Below are positions 19,711 through 29,153 of a stretch of DNA of 64,000 nt, piece after piece. Made by a program: the position numbers and the translations under genes. The notes under the pieces are model-generated. The model saw only the letters and a list, made by a program, of their open reading frames with translations, was not told the DNA's origin and did no database searches. The stretch comes from an uncultured Acidobacteriota bacterium (GTDB lineage: Bacteria > Acidobacteriota > Thermoanaerobaculia > Multivoradales > SZUA-115): the NCBI GenBank assembly GCA_963805975.1, contig CAWDVR010000001.1:128001-192000 (forward strand), read 5' to 3'. The stretch's first letter is position 1. Every line of letters starts with the position of its first letter.

Positions 19711-20055
19711 TCATTCGTTCCGTCGATGCGTTTGAAGGAGGATGCCGATCTGGGCCGTGTGGCCGGCCGCGAGCCTCGCCGCGAGAGGGCCTGCCGGGGA
19801 ATTCGGCGCGATGGAGGCGTCGGCGGGCCTGGCGGCCACTTCGTGCGAAGGCGGGTCCTCGGTCGCGGCCAGCTCCTCGCCCGCGGAGAAGGCGAACACG
19901 GGGTGCTCCCTGCACCAGCTCGCCTCGGCGGTCCGCGCCTTGGCGCGCCCCTCGCCCGCGGCCTGCGAGCCGGCATTGACCGTCGGTGCCGCGAGGCACG
20001 GCGAGGCGCTCGCCATGAGACCGGCTACTAGAAGGACCTGCCACCACGGGGTCAT
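19711..20055 (-). CDS. Hypothetical secreted leader-like protein upstream of the TonB receptor
   Basis: MTPWWQVLLVAGLMASASPC signal-like N-terminus, low-complexity linker, basic C-terminus ILLQTHRRNE*. Confidence 0.5.
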   Translation of the reverse strand: MTPWWQVLLVAGLMASASPCLAAPTVNAGSQAAGEGRAKARTAEASWCREHPVFAFSAGEELAATEDPPSHEVAARPADASIAPNSPAGPLAARLAAGHTAQIGILLQTHRRNE

Positions 20056-20181
20056 GAGGCGAGAGGATAACTTCGAAGGGAGAAAGGCGGCAAGCTGAGG
20101 TTTGGGCATTGACGGGCGGACACGGCAAGGCTAATGGAGTCGCTGTTTACGATAATCGGGCTGGAAATTAGCCTAACGATC

Positions 20182-20209
20182 TTGACATTTGCTGTTGGGA
20201 TGGTATTTT
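20182..20209 (+). promoter_or_regulatory. sigma70-type promoter for glutamine synthetase
   Basis: TTGACA-16 nt-(TG)gTATTTT in an AT-rich intergenic region. Confidence 0.55.
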
Positions 20210-20264
20210 CCGTTCGCCAGGCACTATTCGCAAACCTTCCTGCCGCGACCCTGCAAGGAGTCTC

Positions 20265-21704
20265 ATGACCGCCCCCCCCCTGCGTGATTTTCTCGAGATC
20301 CCGTACGACAAGCTCGAAGAGATGAACCTCAAGGCCAAGGAGGAGCGGCTCAACCGCCGGGACCCCGGCCAGGTGCGCGAGGCGCGCTTGAAGTACCTCG
20401 GCGACGAGAAGCGGATCAAGGCGGTGACCGTCTGCTTCACCGATCTCGAAGGCCGCTTCCACATGCTGGACTACGACAAGAAGTTCCTCTTGAAGTCGGC
20501 CGACAACCTGACCTTCGACGGCAGCTCGATCCGCGGCTTCTCGCAGCAGGCGGAGTCCGACCTGCGGCTGGCGATCGACTGGCCGGCGTTCTACTGGCTG
20601 CCCGCCGACATGTTCGGCCCGGGCAAGGTTCTGGTCTTCGGCGAGGTGCAGGAGCGCGACGGCAGCCCCTACCGCGCGGACATGCGCGCGGTGCTCAAGG
20701 CCTACTGCGAGAAGCTGTGGAAGAAGGACCAGACGGTGGCGTTCGTCTCCAACGAGATCGAGGGCTTTTTGTTCAAGGGCCGCGACGCCGAGCGCCGCTA
20801 CCGCGAGGCGCGGGCCTTCGACTTCATCTCGACCGGCGGTTACTACCACTCGCTGCCCGGCGACGCCCTGCGGCAGTTCATCGACTCGGCGGCCGAGGTG
20901 CAGCGCGCCATGGGCTTCGCCAACGAGAAGGACCACCCGGAGGTGGCGCCGTCGCAGTTCGAGATGAACTACAGCTACACCGAGGCCTCGATCGCCGCCG
21001 ACCAGGTGCAGCTCTACAAGCTGCTGTCGCGCCAGGTGGCGGCGCGCATGGAGATGACGGCCTGCTTCCTGCCCAAGCCGGTGACCGGCGTCAACGGCAA
21101 CGGCATGCACACCAACATGTCCCTGGCGAGGAAAGGCAAGAACCTCTTCTACGACAAGAAGGGGCAGGACGGTCTGTCGGCCGCGGGCTGGAACTACATC
21201 CAGCGCCTTCTCGCCAACGGCAACGACCTCTGCCTGCTGTTGAACTCGAGCGTCAACGCCTACCGCCGGCTGGACCCGCACTTCGAGGCCCCGAACCAGA
21301 TCAAGGCCTCGGCCATCGACCGCGGCTCCATGGTGCGCATCCCGCTCGGCAACGAGCGGTCGGCACGCATCGAGGTGCGCTCGATCGCCCCGGACGCCAA
21401 TCCCTACCTCGCCATCTACGCCCTGCTGCGCACCGGCGTCGAAGGGCCGCTCGCCGAAGAGGACAACCACGACAAGCGGCAGCGCACCCGCTTCCTGCCG
21501 GACAACATCTACGACGCCATCCGCCTCTTCAAGCAGAGCCGCTGGGCCCTCGAGCTGATGGGCGAAGAGGTGCACGGCAAGCTGGCGGACCTCAAGCTCG
21601 CTTCGGCGGAGCGCTGCCCCAAGGCCCTCGGCGCGCGAGTGAAGAGCGCCGAGATCCAGTTCCACCACGAGGTGACGAACCAGTACCTGTGGTCGCAGTT
21701 CTGA
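20265..21704 (+). CDS. glnA: Glutamine synthetase family protein
   Basis: FDGSSIRGF, HPEVAPSQFE, PKP..GVNGNGMH, NAYRRL.P.FEAP, RIEVR..PDANPYL. Confidence 0.9.
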   Translation: MTAPPLRDFLEIPYDKLEEMNLKAKEERLNRRDPGQVREARLKYLGDEKRIKAVTVCFTDLEGRFHMLDYDKKFLLKSADNLTFDGSSIRGFSQQAESDLRLAIDWPAFYWLPADMFGPGKVLVFGEVQERDGSPYRADMRAVLKAYCEKLWKKDQTVAFVSNEIEGFLFKGRDAERRYREARAFDFISTGGYYHSLPGDALRQFIDSAAEVQRAMGFANEKDHPEVAPSQFEMNYSYTEASIAADQVQLYKLLSRQVAARMEMTACFLPKPVTGVNGNGMHTNMSLARKGKNLFYDKKGQDGLSAAGWNYIQRLLANGNDLCLLLNSSVNAYRRLDPHFEAPNQIKASAIDRGSMVRIPLGNERSARIEVRSIAPDANPYLAIYALLRTGVEGPLAEEDNHDKRQRTRFLPDNIYDAIRLFKQSRWALELMGEEVHGKLADLKLASAERCPKALGARVKSAEIQFHHEVTNQYLWSQF

Positions 21705-21822
21705 GCGCTGAAGCCCCCGGCCCGGATCCTTCGCTGCGCTCAGGATGACAGGCGGAGAGGAGCTGCCCTCCCGATGTCATCCTGAGCGCAGCGAAGGATC
21801 CGGGCCGGGGGCTTCAGCGCTC
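21703..21822. repeat. Perfect 48-bp inverted repeat containing family A REP units; likely bidirectional terminator
   Basis: 21703-21750 is the exact reverse complement of 21775-21822; lies between convergent genes. Confidence 0.9.
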
Positions 21823-22557
21823 GGCCAGGCTCCTCAGGAACGTCCGCTCCAGCTCGGCGCGATAGGCCTGGTTGGCCCACAGCACGCTGGTCAGGCGGTC
21901 GAGCAGGCCGCCGACCGCCCTCTCCTGCTCTTCGATGCGCGCCTCGCTGCCGGAGTCGGCGGCCGGCGCCGTGCCGCCGCTCTGCCGGGCCTCGCGACGC
22001 TCCGCCCGCAACAGGCTCCCGAACCGCCGCGAGGCGTCGAGCAGCAGCCGGCGGCTGCCGCGGAGCGTGCGCTGCACGAGCTGGTTCAGCGGGCGCGGGT
22101 CGATGGTGCTCGAGGTCACGAGCATCGCCTCGCGGATCTCCAGCAGGCGCCCGCCGCCGGAGAGGGTGCGTCCGTCGAGCAGGCCGTTCTCGAAGGCGGT
22201 GTGCAGCAGGTAGCCGTGGTGGAAGGTGGTGGAGAAGCGGTCGACGCAGTCTTTGACCAGCAGGAAGATGAGCAGCTTGCGGAAGATCTTCTTGACCACG
22301 TAGAGCGCGAGACGGAAGCCGAGGAGCAGTGGGTAGAGGCAGCCGCGCCGCCCCTCCTCGCCGCTCCAGGTCAGGGTCTCGACGTGCCAGCCCTGCGCCT
22401 CGAGCCCCCGCCGGCGAAAAGCGTCCGCGATCTGCCGGCGCTCCACCCAGGCCGCGGCCCAGTCGTCGACGAAGGGCAGCGGGATCAGCGGCGTCAGGCT
22501 CGCGAGCAGGCCGAAGAACGTCAGCCGCCGGAACCAGGGGGCATCAGGCGAGCCCAT
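21814..22557 (-). CDS. Hypothetical protein
   Basis: 247-aa ORF with host-like codon usage, LTPLIPLPFVDD segment, overlaps the Uma2 stop. Confidence 0.75.
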   Translation of the reverse strand: MGSPDAPWFRRLTFFGLLASLTPLIPLPFVDDWAAAWVERRQIADAFRRRGLEAQGWHVETLTWSGEEGRRGCLYPLLLGFRLALYVVKKIFRKLLIFLLVKDCVDRFSTTFHHGYLLHTAFENGLLDGRTLSGGGRLLEIREAMLVTSSTIDPRPLNQLVQRTLRGSRRLLLDASRRFGSLLRAERREARQSGGTAPAADSGSEARIEEQERAVGGLLDRLTSVLWANQAYRAELERTFLRSLAER

Positions 22558-23128
22558 CCGGCCAGCCCACCGGCATCCGGCCGTAGACCTCGGCGAGGGC
22601 GAGCCGGCAGCCGATCCCTTCGAGATCGAGGACCGTGGTCATGTCGTCCCCTTCGGTGAGCACCCACCGCCCGTCCGCCTGCCGGGCGAAGTACTCGACG
22701 TGGACGCGGTCCTGAGCCACCAGCAGGTAGCCGAGGAGGGAAGGCAGGGTGCGGTAGTGGGCGAACTTCCGGCCGCGGTCGAAGTCCTCGGTCGAAGGCG
22801 ACAGCACCTCGGCCAGGAGGGTGGGGTTGAGCAAAGTGTCGAAGTGATCGTCCTCGAGCTCGGGCTCGCCACAGACCACCACCAAGTCGGGGTAGGTGAA
22901 GAGGTCGGTTGCCGGGACGCGGACTCGCATGTCGCTGGCGTACAGCTCGCAACCCTTGATCGGGGGGTACAAAGTCGCGCTGATCGCCGTCACGAGCAGG
23001 TTGTGCTCTCGGCTGGCCCCCGCCATGGTGAAGATCTCGCCGTTGAGGTACTCGCTCTTGGTCTCTGCCTGGCGCTCCAGAGCGAGGTACTCGGCGATGC
23101 TGTAGCGCCTCTGCGGCTCGGCGGACAT
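22544..23128 (-). CDS. Uma2/DUF820-family PD-(D/E)xK endonuclease-like protein
   Basis: SEYLNGEIFTMAGAS.EH, YPDLVVVCG, EVLSPSTEDFDRG.KF..YR. Confidence 0.9.
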   Translation of the reverse strand: MSAEPQRRYSIAEYLALERQAETKSEYLNGEIFTMAGASREHNLLVTAISATLYPPIKGCELYASDMRVRVPATDLFTYPDLVVVCGEPELEDDHFDTLLNPTLLAEVLSPSTEDFDRGRKFAHYRTLPSLLGYLLVAQDRVHVEYFARQADGRWVLTEGDDMTTVLDLEGIGCRLALAEVYGRMPVGWPDGLA

Positions 23129-23180
23129 GGTCGGAGGATAGCACCCGGTGGCCGGGCACCCGAGGTACAGTCGCAGCCGC

Positions 23181-23696
23181 TTGAAAGTTCTCGAGACCGA
23201 GCGCCTGATCCTGCGCCGGTTGTCCACGGACGACGCGGCGTTCATCCTCGAGCTTCTGAACGATCCCGCCTGGCTGCGTTTCATCGGCGACAAGGGCGTC
23301 CGGACTCTCGAAGACGCGCGGAGCTACATCCTGAACGGGCCGGTCGAGATGTATGCCCGGCTGGGCTTCGGCCTGTTCATGACCGAGCTCAAGGACGGCG
23401 CCGTCCCGATCGGGATCTGCGGTCTGCTCAAGAGAGACTCGCTCCCGGACGTGGACATCGGCTTCGCCCTCCTGCCGCGGTTCTGGGCCCAGGGCTATGC
23501 CCGCGAGGCAGCCTCGGCGACGATGGCGTACGGGAGAGACGTCCTGGGCCTGAAGCGCATCGTCGCCATCACGACCCTGGACAACCACAGCTCGGCCCGA
23601 GTCCTCGAGAAGATCGGCATGCGCTGCGAGCGAACGGTCCGGCTCTCCAGTGACAGTGAAGAGCTGAGGTTGTTCGCGTCCGATGTCGTGCAGTGA
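23181..23696 (+). CDS. RimJ/RimL-type GNAT acetyltransferase
   Basis: LETERLILR, PIGICGL, DIGFA, GYAREAA, N..SARVLEKIG. Confidence 0.9.
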   Translation: MKVLETERLILRRLSTDDAAFILELLNDPAWLRFIGDKGVRTLEDARSYILNGPVEMYARLGFGLFMTELKDGAVPIGICGLLKRDSLPDVDIGFALLPRFWAQGYAREAASATMAYGRDVLGLKRIVAITTLDNHSSARVLEKIGMRCERTVRLSSDSEELRLFASDVVQ

Positions 23697-23718
23697 GCGC
23701 GCTCGCGGGCCAGGCCGA

Positions 23719-24276
23719 TCAAACCTCGGTGCACTCGAAGGACCCGTCGAGAATGTCCACGGTCCTGGTGCCGCCTTGCTCGGCGAGGCCGCGGCACTGG
23801 AAGGTGCCGCTGAGGCGCGTTCCGTTCTGGATGAGCTGCAGCACGCAGCCGCTGCCCACGGGCTGGTTGGCGAAGGTGGAACCATCTCCCGGGTGCCAGA
23901 AGAAGTCGAAGGTCTTGGCACCGCCACAGCTCGCCAGCTGGGGGGCCTGAGGAGAAAACGCCCCACCTCCGGAGTGGTTGCACACGTCGATGTCGATGTG
24001 AGGGCCGTTCTCGCCGTTGGCGGCGGTCTGTTCGCCGAGCCGGACCCACAAGGAAGCCCAGCCGGCGTTGCGGCTACAAAACACGGTATTGCGGGAGCTG
24101 TTGTAGCCGACCCTCTGACTCTGCCCGGCACCGGAGATCTCGAAGCCGGCGACATTGGAGAGCGGGTTCGGTGAGGGTGTCGAAGGAGCCGTGGGACCGT
24201 CACCGCTGCAACCCGACACGGCCGTGAGAAGGGCGGTGGAGAGAAGTCGCCGGAGGGTGAGAGATGGCGAGCGCAT
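23719..24276 (-). CDS. Hypothetical Cys-rich lipoprotein
   Basis: Lipobox AVSGC, Pro/Ser linker, six further Cys. Confidence 0.75.
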   Translation of the reverse strand: MRSPSLTLRRLLSTALLTAVSGCSGDGPTAPSTPSPNPLSNVAGFEISGAGQSQRVGYNSSRNTVFCSRNAGWASLWVRLGEQTAANGENGPHIDIDVCNHSGGGAFSPQAPQLASCGGAKTFDFFWHPGDGSTFANQPVGSGCVLQLIQNGTRLSGTFQCRGLAEQGGTRTVDILDGSFECTEV

Positions 24277-24360
24277 CGTGGATCCTCCTTCGCGGTCGTT
24301 TGGATCGAGCCGCTGGGCCGGATCCTAGACAGCGGCGGGATCGCGGCGGCAAACGTTGTG

Positions 24361-24386
24361 CTAAGGAAACGTTAAGAAGATTAAGG
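24361..24386. promoter_or_regulatory. OmpR/QseB-type direct-repeat site (CTAAG..TTAAG..TTAAG)
   Basis: ctaaggaaacgttaagaagattaagg between the lipoprotein and the divergent HK-RR pair. Confidence 0.5.
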
Positions 24387-24425
24387 CGGCGGGTCCGCGC
24401 GCACATCTCCGGCTATTCTTGCGGC

Positions 24426-26189
24426 ATGACGAATCGCAGCTTCGTCGGTGCGGCCGTCGGGCTGCTGCTGGTGCTCGCCCTGCTGCTGGCCTATCTGGCC
24501 AAGACGCAGTGGGACTGGCTCCGCAGGATCGAGGTCTACGAGCACGTCCGCCTGGAAGGATCGTTCAGTCGCAGCGCCTGGTACCTCAAGAGCGCGTTCG
24601 ATCGGGAGATCGAGAACCTTGCCGTCTGTCTCTCCGCTCGGGGGGGCCGGCGACCGGAGCTCGCCGGGCAGTTGGGCTCGGGGTTGCGAGCCTGGCAGCG
24701 ATCCAGCCGTTGGCCGGCCCTCCTCGAGGAGGTCTACCTGATCTCGGAGAGCGGGGGCGCCACTCCTTCGCTGGAGCTCTTCGACCCGCTCGCGAGCCAG
24801 CTCCGGCAGGTGAGCTGGTCCCCGGCACTCGAAGCCCTGCGGCTTGGGCGGGGAGAGAGTGTCGATACCAAGAGCACGGCAGCGTTCACCATCGTGACGG
24901 GAGTGCCGGCCATCCTGGTCGAGACGCGGCTGGTGGCCACCGAGGATACCGGCGCGCTCGAGCCCGCCTGGCTGGCCCTTCGCCTCGACGAGGAGTACCT
25001 GCGACGAGAGCTCCTTCCCGAGCTGACCGCGCTGTTCTTTTCGCCCCCCAACTTCGACGGCGTGGACATCGTGGTGGTCGAGAGCCGGGGCCGCGACCTG
25101 CTGTACTCGAACCTGCCGATCGATTCCTTCGACGATTTTGGCCGTAGCGACGTCGCCATCGGCCTGGTCGACGCCGGGACCGACGGCGAGGAGCTTCCAC
25201 GAATCGGGATGCGGCCACTCAAGGGGCAGGAGGCCTATCCGAATTCGATCCGACCACCGACCGCGGCGGACCACGACTGGTTCCGTGGTCTGTGGGCGCA
25301 CAACGGCTACTCGGGATACTGGCAGCTCTACATCCGGCGGGGCGCCGTCTCGGTCGCCGACGCGGTGGCCGCGGCGCGCTGGCGCACCCTGCGAATCTCG
25401 TTCGGCGCGCTGGCTCTGATCTGTGTCGCCGCGGTGCTGATCTTCGTGCTGGCGCGGCGCGCCCAGCGGCTGGCCCGCGAGCAGATGGAGTTCGTGGCCA
25501 GCGTGACACACGAGCTGCGGTCGCCGCTCGCGATCCTCTCCGCCGCCGGGGAGAACCTGGAGGACGCGCTCCTCGAAGACAAGGCGAAGCTCCGGGAGTA
25601 CGGTCGCCTCATCCAGGACGAGGCCCTGCGCCTGCGGGAGATGGTCGAGAACGTGCTGCATCTGGCGCGCCGGCGCGCGGGGGCTCCGGCGCTCGTCAAG
25701 CAGCCCGTCGACCTCACCGAGCTGGTCAAGGACACGGTCCGGCGGGCGCGCCGGCAGACGGAGCAGGCCGGGTTCGAGGTCGAGCTGGATCTCCCGCCGG
25801 GTGCGCTCCAGGTGCTGGGCAATGGCCGCGCCTTGCAGTCGGCGGTGCTGAACCTCCTCTCCAACGCGCTCAAGTACGGTCAGCCGGGGCGCTGGCTGCG
25901 GGTCGCCGTGAGCACCGGCGAGAGCCCGAGGGAGGTACGGGTTTCGGTCGAGGATCGCGGACCCGGCATCGAGAAGGGGGACAGGAGCAGGCTCTTCGAT
26001 CCCTTCTACCGGGGAAAGCGCGTCCGGACCGACCAGCTCGAGGGCAGCGGCCTGGGGCTGGCCGTCGTGCGCCAGGTGGTGGAGGCCCACGGCGGCCGCA
26101 TCTCGGTCGAGAGCTCGCCGGGCCTGGGGAGCAGCTTTACGCTTCACCTGCCGGCCCTGGAGACCCTACTGGGCCTGGAGACGGAGTGA
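24426..26189 (+). CDS. Membrane sensor histidine kinase
   Basis: Two TM segments, VTHELRSPL H-box, NLLSNALKY, DRGPGI, GSGLGL. Confidence 0.95.
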   Translation: MTNRSFVGAAVGLLLVLALLLAYLAKTQWDWLRRIEVYEHVRLEGSFSRSAWYLKSAFDREIENLAVCLSARGGRRPELAGQLGSGLRAWQRSSRWPALLEEVYLISESGGATPSLELFDPLASQLRQVSWSPALEALRLGRGESVDTKSTAAFTIVTGVPAILVETRLVATEDTGALEPAWLALRLDEEYLRRELLPELTALFFSPPNFDGVDIVVVESRGRDLLYSNLPIDSFDDFGRSDVAIGLVDAGTDGEELPRIGMRPLKGQEAYPNSIRPPTAADHDWFRGLWAHNGYSGYWQLYIRRGAVSVADAVAAARWRTLRISFGALALICVAAVLIFVLARRAQRLAREQMEFVASVTHELRSPLAILSAAGENLEDALLEDKAKLREYGRLIQDEALRLREMVENVLHLARRRAGAPALVKQPVDLTELVKDTVRRARRQTEQAGFEVELDLPPGALQVLGNGRALQSAVLNLLSNALKYGQPGRWLRVAVSTGESPREVRVSVEDRGPGIEKGDRSRLFDPFYRGKRVRTDQLEGSGLGLAVVRQVVEAHGGRISVESSPGLGSSFTLHLPALETLLGLETE

Positions 26190-26881
26190 GACGACGCATC
26201 CTGCTCGTCGAGGACGAGCACAACATGGTCCTGCTGCTGACGGATCGACTCGTGGCCTCCGGCTACGACGTGACCGCGGCCACCACCGGACCCCAGGGGG
26301 TGGAGATGGCCCTCGGCCGGCCGTTCGACCTGCTGCTGCTCGACATCCTCCTGCCGGGCCAGGACGGCCTCTCCGTCTGTCGCGAGCTCCGCCGCCGAGG
26401 AGTCACCACTCCGATCCTCATGCTGACCGCCCTGGGCGACCTGGTCGACAAGGTGGTGGGCCTCCGAACCGGTGCCGACGACTATCTGACCAAGCCCTTC
26501 GCGGCCGCCGAGCTGCTGGCGCGGATCGAGGCCCTGCTGCGGCGCGCCAGCCCGACCGGGCCCGGCCTGGTGGGGATCTCGGATCCCTACCGCTTCGGCG
26601 ACATCGAGGTCCGCTTTCGCGAGGTCGAGGTGCTGCGGGAGGGCGAGCCCGTCCATCTCTCGGCGCGCATGTTCGAGCTCCTCCGGTTCTTCATCCAGCG
26701 TCGCGGCGAGACCCTGAGCCGCAACGAGCTGCTGGACGCCGTCTGGGGCCGGGACTCCATGCCCAGCGAGCGGACGGTCGACGTGCACGTGGCGTGGTTG
26801 CGCCAGCGTCTGGAGGTCCGGCCCTCGCGGCCGCAGTACCTGCGGACGGTACGAGGCTTCGGCTACAAGTTCGTCGGTTGA
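26186..26881 (+). CDS. OmpR-family response regulator
   Basis: ILLVEDE, LLDILLPG.DG, GADDYLTKPF, RTVDVHV, RTVRGFGYKF; GTGA overlap with HK. Confidence 0.95.
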   Translation: MRRRILLVEDEHNMVLLLTDRLVASGYDVTAATTGPQGVEMALGRPFDLLLLDILLPGQDGLSVCRELRRRGVTTPILMLTALGDLVDKVVGLRTGADDYLTKPFAAAELLARIEALLRRASPTGPGLVGISDPYRFGDIEVRFREVEVLREGEPVHLSARMFELLRFFIQRRGETLSRNELLDAVWGRDSMPSERTVDVHVAWLRQRLEVRPSRPQYLRTVRGFGYKFVG

Positions 26882-26888
26882 GGGAAGG

Positions 26889-28412
26889 CTACCTGAACAC
26901 CCTGAACCACGCCGCGAAGATCTTCTTCACCGTCGGAGTCAGCTTGGTGCGCCGCCAGGCGTCGGCGGCTTTCTTGATGACCTCGATCTCGGTGGGGTAG
27001 GGGTGGATCACGGAGGCGATCTTGCCCAGGCCGATGCGGTGGGTGACGGCGAGGTAGAGCTCGCCCAGAAGGTCACCGGCGTGGTCGGCCACCAGCGTGG
27101 CGCCGAGGATCCTGTCCTTGCCCTTCTCGAGGTGCAGGCGCAGGAACCCTTCGGTGTCGCCCTCGAGGAGGGCGCGGTCGACGCCGGCCATCGGGATGGT
27201 GAGCGTATCGACCTCGATGCCGCGCGCGCGGGCCTCCTTCTCGTAGAGGCCCACGTGGGCGACCTCCGGGCTGGTGTAGGTGCACCACGGCATCACCAGC
27301 CGGCTCGCCTTGCCGCGGCCGAAGAAAAAAGCGTTCTGGAGCACGAGGCGGGCCTGCGCGTCGGCGGCGTGGGTGAACTGGTGCTTCGAGGCCACGTCGC
27401 CGCAGGCGAAGATGCGCGGGTTGGTGGTGCGGAGCCGGTCGTCGACCAGGACGCCGCTCTTGCCGTACTCGACTCCCGCGGCCTCGAGCCCGAGGCCTTC
27501 GACGTTGGGCTTGCGGCCCACGGCGAGGAGGATCTCGTCCACGGTGATCTCGGTGCGGGCGCCGTCTTTTTCGACCCGCAGCACCTTGCCCTCCGCCCGC
27601 CGCTCGACGGCGGAGATCTCGACGCCCAGCGCGAGCTCGATGCCGTCGGCCACCAGCGCCGTCTCGACCACCGTGGCGGCGTCGGGGTCCTCGCGCACGA
27701 GGATCTGTGGCGCCACGTCGAGCAGCGTCACCCGGCTGCCGAAGCGCGCGAAAGCCTGCGCCAGCTCGCAGCCGATGGGCCCGGCGCCGATCACCGCCAG
27801 CCGCCGCGGCAGCTCGGTCAGCCCGAACACCGTCTCGTTGGTGAGGTAGCCGGCCGCGGCGAGGCCGGGCACGGGCAGGTCCGCGGCCCGTCCGCCGGCG
27901 GCGATCACCGCCCGCCGGAAGTGCAGGTGCTTGCCGTTCACCTCGACGCCGTCGGAGGCGATGAAGCGGCCCTCGCCCAGGAACACGTGCACTCCCAGGC
28001 CCGCGAAGCGGCGGGCGCTGTCGTGCACGCTGATCTCCGCTCGCAGGCGGCGCATGCGCTCCATGGCGGCGGCGAAGTCCCCGTCGCCGGAGGCCCGCGG
28101 CGCGCCGAAGCGCCCGGCGCCCGATCGCGCGTCGTGCCAGGCGCGGGCGGCGCGGATCACGCCCTTGGACGGCACGCAGCCGTAGTTCAGGCAGTCGCCG
28201 CCCAGGAGAGCGCGTTCGACGAGCGCCACCTTGGCGCCCAGGCCGGCGGCTCCAGCGGCCGACACCAGGCCGGCCGTGCCGCCGCCCACCACCACCAGGT
28301 GATAGCGCTCCAGGGGCTCGGGCTCGGCCCAGGCCGCGGGATGGACGTTGGCCAGCAGCCGCAGGTTGTGCTCGTCGGCCGGCGAGATTTCCGGGGCGGA
28401 GCTCTCAGGCAT
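26889..28412 (-). CDS. Mercuric-reductase-like pyridine nucleotide-disulfide oxidoreductase
   Basis: GGGTAG, GGDCLNYGCVPSK redox disulfide, GAGPIG, HPYPT; lacks the MerA C-terminal CC pair. Confidence 0.88.
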   Translation of the reverse strand: MPESSAPEISPADEHNLRLLANVHPAAWAEPEPLERYHLVVVGGGTAGLVSAAGAAGLGAKVALVERALLGGDCLNYGCVPSKGVIRAARAWHDARSGAGRFGAPRASGDGDFAAAMERMRRLRAEISVHDSARRFAGLGVHVFLGEGRFIASDGVEVNGKHLHFRRAVIAAGGRAADLPVPGLAAAGYLTNETVFGLTELPRRLAVIGAGPIGCELAQAFARFGSRVTLLDVAPQILVREDPDAATVVETALVADGIELALGVEISAVERRAEGKVLRVEKDGARTEITVDEILLAVGRKPNVEGLGLEAAGVEYGKSGVLVDDRLRTTNPRIFACGDVASKHQFTHAADAQARLVLQNAFFFGRGKASRLVMPWCTYTSPEVAHVGLYEKEARARGIEVDTLTIPMAGVDRALLEGDTEGFLRLHLEKGKDRILGATLVADHAGDLLGELYLAVTHRIGLGKIASVIHPYPTEIEVIKKAADAWRRTKLTPTVKKIFAAWFRVFR

Positions 28413-29130
28413 CGTTCTTCTCGCTCTCGGGCACCGCTCCCCGCAACGCGTTTCGCGCCAGGCGGGTGATGAGCGCCGTCACCACCACCAGCGCCACCAG
28501 CCCGACGGCCAGGAGCGCCCACTCCGCCGGGCTCTTGCCACCCTGGGCGGCTTCTTTGCCCACCATGCCGAGGTAGACGTAGAGCGCCGTTCCCGGCAGC
28601 ATGGCGAAGCCGGCGAGAAGGTAGGGCACGAAGCGGACGCTGGTGAGGCCGAGCGCGTAGTTGAGCAGGTTGAAGGGGAAGATCGGTGCCAGGCGGAGCA
28701 GGGCCACGATCTTCCCGCCCTCGGCGCCGACCGCGCGGTCGATGCTGCGAAAGCGGGGCTGCGCGGCGAGCCTCTTCTCCACCCAGGAGCGTGCGCCGTA
28801 GCGCGCGATGAGAAAGGCCGCCGCCGAGCCCAGGAACGCGCCGCAGAAGGCGTAGAGCGTGCCGCGCGCGAAGCCGAAGATCACGCCGGCGGCGAGCGTC
28901 AACGCCGAGCCGGGGATGAAGGCCACGGCGGCCACGGCATAGCCGGCGATGAAGGCAAGGGGCGCCCAGATCCCCAGCCCCTTCACCCAGGCCTCGAAGC
29001 GCGGCAGGACCTCGCCCGCGGCCTCACGGCCGAAGAGAATCAGGACCCCGAGCACCGCGACGGCCAGGGCCAGCTTGAGGAGGACCGCGGCGCGCGAGCG
29101 TGGAGGCGCCGGTCGGGCTCGAGCGTCCAT
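28405..29130 (-). CDS. TVP38/TMEM64 (DedA superfamily) membrane protein
   Basis: IPGSALTLAAG.IFG, LLRLAPIFPFNLLNYALGLT, PGT.LYVYLG. Confidence 0.92.
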   Translation of the reverse strand: MDARARPAPPRSRAAVLLKLALAVAVLGVLILFGREAAGEVLPRFEAWVKGLGIWAPLAFIAGYAVAAVAFIPGSALTLAAGVIFGFARGTLYAFCGAFLGSAAAFLIARYGARSWVEKRLAAQPRFRSIDRAVGAEGGKIVALLRLAPIFPFNLLNYALGLTSVRFVPYLLAGFAMLPGTALYVYLGMVGKEAAQGGKSPAEWALLAVGLVALVVVTALITRLARNALRGAVPESEKNDA

Positions 29131-29153
29131 GGCGGGCCCGTCTCGAAAGGCTC

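Noticed and set aside
12667-21822. CRISPR array from the recurring palindromes
   Set aside because: The units occur as inverted pairs or singles, not as direct repeats with spacers, and there are no cas genes.
22544-23696. Uma2 + GNAT as a toxin-antitoxin or defence pair
   Set aside because: The genes are divergent, both families are common as singletons, and the GNAT is RimJ-like, not a TacT/AtaT toxin.
26889-28412. merA mercury-resistance call
   Set aside because: No C-terminal Cys-Cys, no N-terminal HMA domain and no merR/T/P genes. The DedA linkage fits the uncharacterised MerA-like family.
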